From NCBI GenBank assembly GCA_048402045.1, contig DBGDSC010000041.1, positions 15,637-79,636 of the forward strand: 64,000 bases of DNA, written 5' to 3'. Positions 63,223 through 64,000 of this stretch are shown here, one piece after another. The notes under the pieces are model-generated. The model ran no database searches. It saw only the letters and a program-made list of their open reading frames with translations, and was not told where the DNA came from. The DNA comes from Collinsella sp. (lineage in GTDB: Bacteria > Actinomycetota > Coriobacteriia > Coriobacteriales > Coriobacteriaceae). The translations under genes and the position numbers were made by a program. Position 1 is the first letter of the stretch. Each line of letters opens with the position of its first letter.

Positions 63223-64000
63223 ATGGGTTGCGAGCACGCACAGGCCGCCGGCGGACAAACGTCGCCGTCGCAATTTGAGGAGAACACGCTGTCCGAGGTC
63301 AAACGCGTCATCGCCGTGCTTTCCGGCAAGGGCGGTGTCGGCAAGTCGTTTGTCACCGGTGCCATCGCCACCGAGCTTGCCCGTCACGGCCACAAGGTCG
63401 GCGTCCTCGATGCCGACATCACCGGTCCCTCTATCCCCAAGATGTTCGGCATGAGCGGACGCCACGTCCATGCCCTTGGCAACCTCATGCTGCCCGAAAT
63501 CTCCGAGCACGGCGTCAAGGTCATGAGCTCCAACCTTCTGCTCCAAAACGAGACCGACCCCGTCCTTTGGCGCGGTCCGGTCATCGCAGGCGCCATTAGG
63601 CAGTTCTGGAGCGAGACCTCGTGGGGCCCCATCGACTACCTGCTGGTCGACATGCCTCCGGGAACAGGCGACGTCGCGCTCACCGTCTTCCAGTCGCTGC
63701 CCGTCGACGGCATCGTCATCGTCACGAGCCCGCAGGACCTGGTCTCGATGATCGTCGCCAAGGCGGTCAACATGGCCGAGAAGATGAACGTCCCCATTCT
63801 GGGCATCGTCGAGAACATGAGCTATATCGAGTGCCCCGACTGCGGCAAGAAGATCGAGGTCTTTGGCAAAAGCAAGCTCCCCGAGGTCGCAGAGCGCTAT
63901 AACCTCGACATCTTGGGCACGCTTCCCATTAATCCGGCACTCGCCGAGGCCTGCGATAAGGGCGAGGTTGAGACCGCGCTGCCCGATGGCATGTTGCCCA
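63223..64000 (+). CDS. apbC: Mrp/NBP35/ApbC family Fe-S cluster carrier ATPase (3' end beyond the window)
   Basis: My own translation from the ATG at 63223 (6 nt after AAGGAG) gives ...VIAVLSGKGGVGKSF...DMPPGTGD...CPDCG..., open to the window end. Absent from the ORF track because there is no stop. Confidence 0.85.
   Translation, partial: MGCEHAQAAGGQTSPSQFEENTLSEVKRVIAVLSGKGGVGKSFVTGAIATELARHGHKVGVLDADITGPSIPKMFGMSGRHVHALGNLMLPEISEHGVKVMSSNLLLQNETDPVLWRGPVIAGAIRQFWSETSWGPIDYLLVDMPPGTGDVALTVFQSLPVDGIVIVTSPQDLVSMIVAKAVNMAEKMNVPILGIVENMSYIECPDCGKKIEVFGKSKLPEVAERYNLDILGTLPINPALAEACDKGEVETALPDGMLP

Noticed and set aside
1-64000. CRISPR arrays, transposases, integrases, prophage genes, toxin-antitoxin pairs, restriction-modification or other defence systems
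   Set aside because: No direct-repeat/spacer arrays and no ORF with recognisable motifs of these classes were seen on either strand. The only mobility hint is the tRNA-Gly 3' fragment reported above.

Overview
High-GC (about 60% by eye) Gram-positive chromosome segment. Almost all genes are on the minus strand. Gene content and order (uvrA, ybaK-murJ-uvrC, rapZ-whiA, gap-pgk-tpiA-gpmI-secG, nrdDG, folE/folB, opp operon) point to Actinomycetota. A Coriobacteriia/Collinsella-like origin is my inference only. I call about 50 CDS (2 cut by the window edges), 6 tRNAs (Val-GAC, 3 identical Gly-GCC, Cys-GCA, Leu-GAG) plus one 18-nt tRNA-Gly 3' fragment, many hairpin terminators, and a few promoter/operator candidates. 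Most of the window is ordinary housekeeping DNA. I found no CRISPR array, transposase, integrase, phage gene or recognisable defence system. The long plus-strand ORFs in the track are mirror ORFs of minus-strand genes. Items worth a second look: (1) an 86-nt hairpin element in two copies with compensatory stem changes (2355-2440, 3517-3602); (2) an orphan partner-switching pair between tRNA loci, made of a PAS-GAF-PP2C phosphatase and a fused STAS/RsbW-like kinase with no sigma factor nearby; (3) a translationally coupled SlyD plus UreE-like gene pair with no urease genes; (4) a folE-HD-folB operon; (5) a 10.4-kb sialic-acid locus apparently inserted into the conserved uvrC-rapZ-whiA-gap block, with tandem CE7 esterases, one lacking the nucleophile Ser, and rapZ-whiA lacking yvcK; (6) several unique nested palindromes of 85-140 nt in intergenic spacers; (7) a palindromic A/T element upstream of all three tRNA promoters. 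No finding can be called a proven novel system from sequence alone. All family assignments come from motif recognition by eye, not from database searches.
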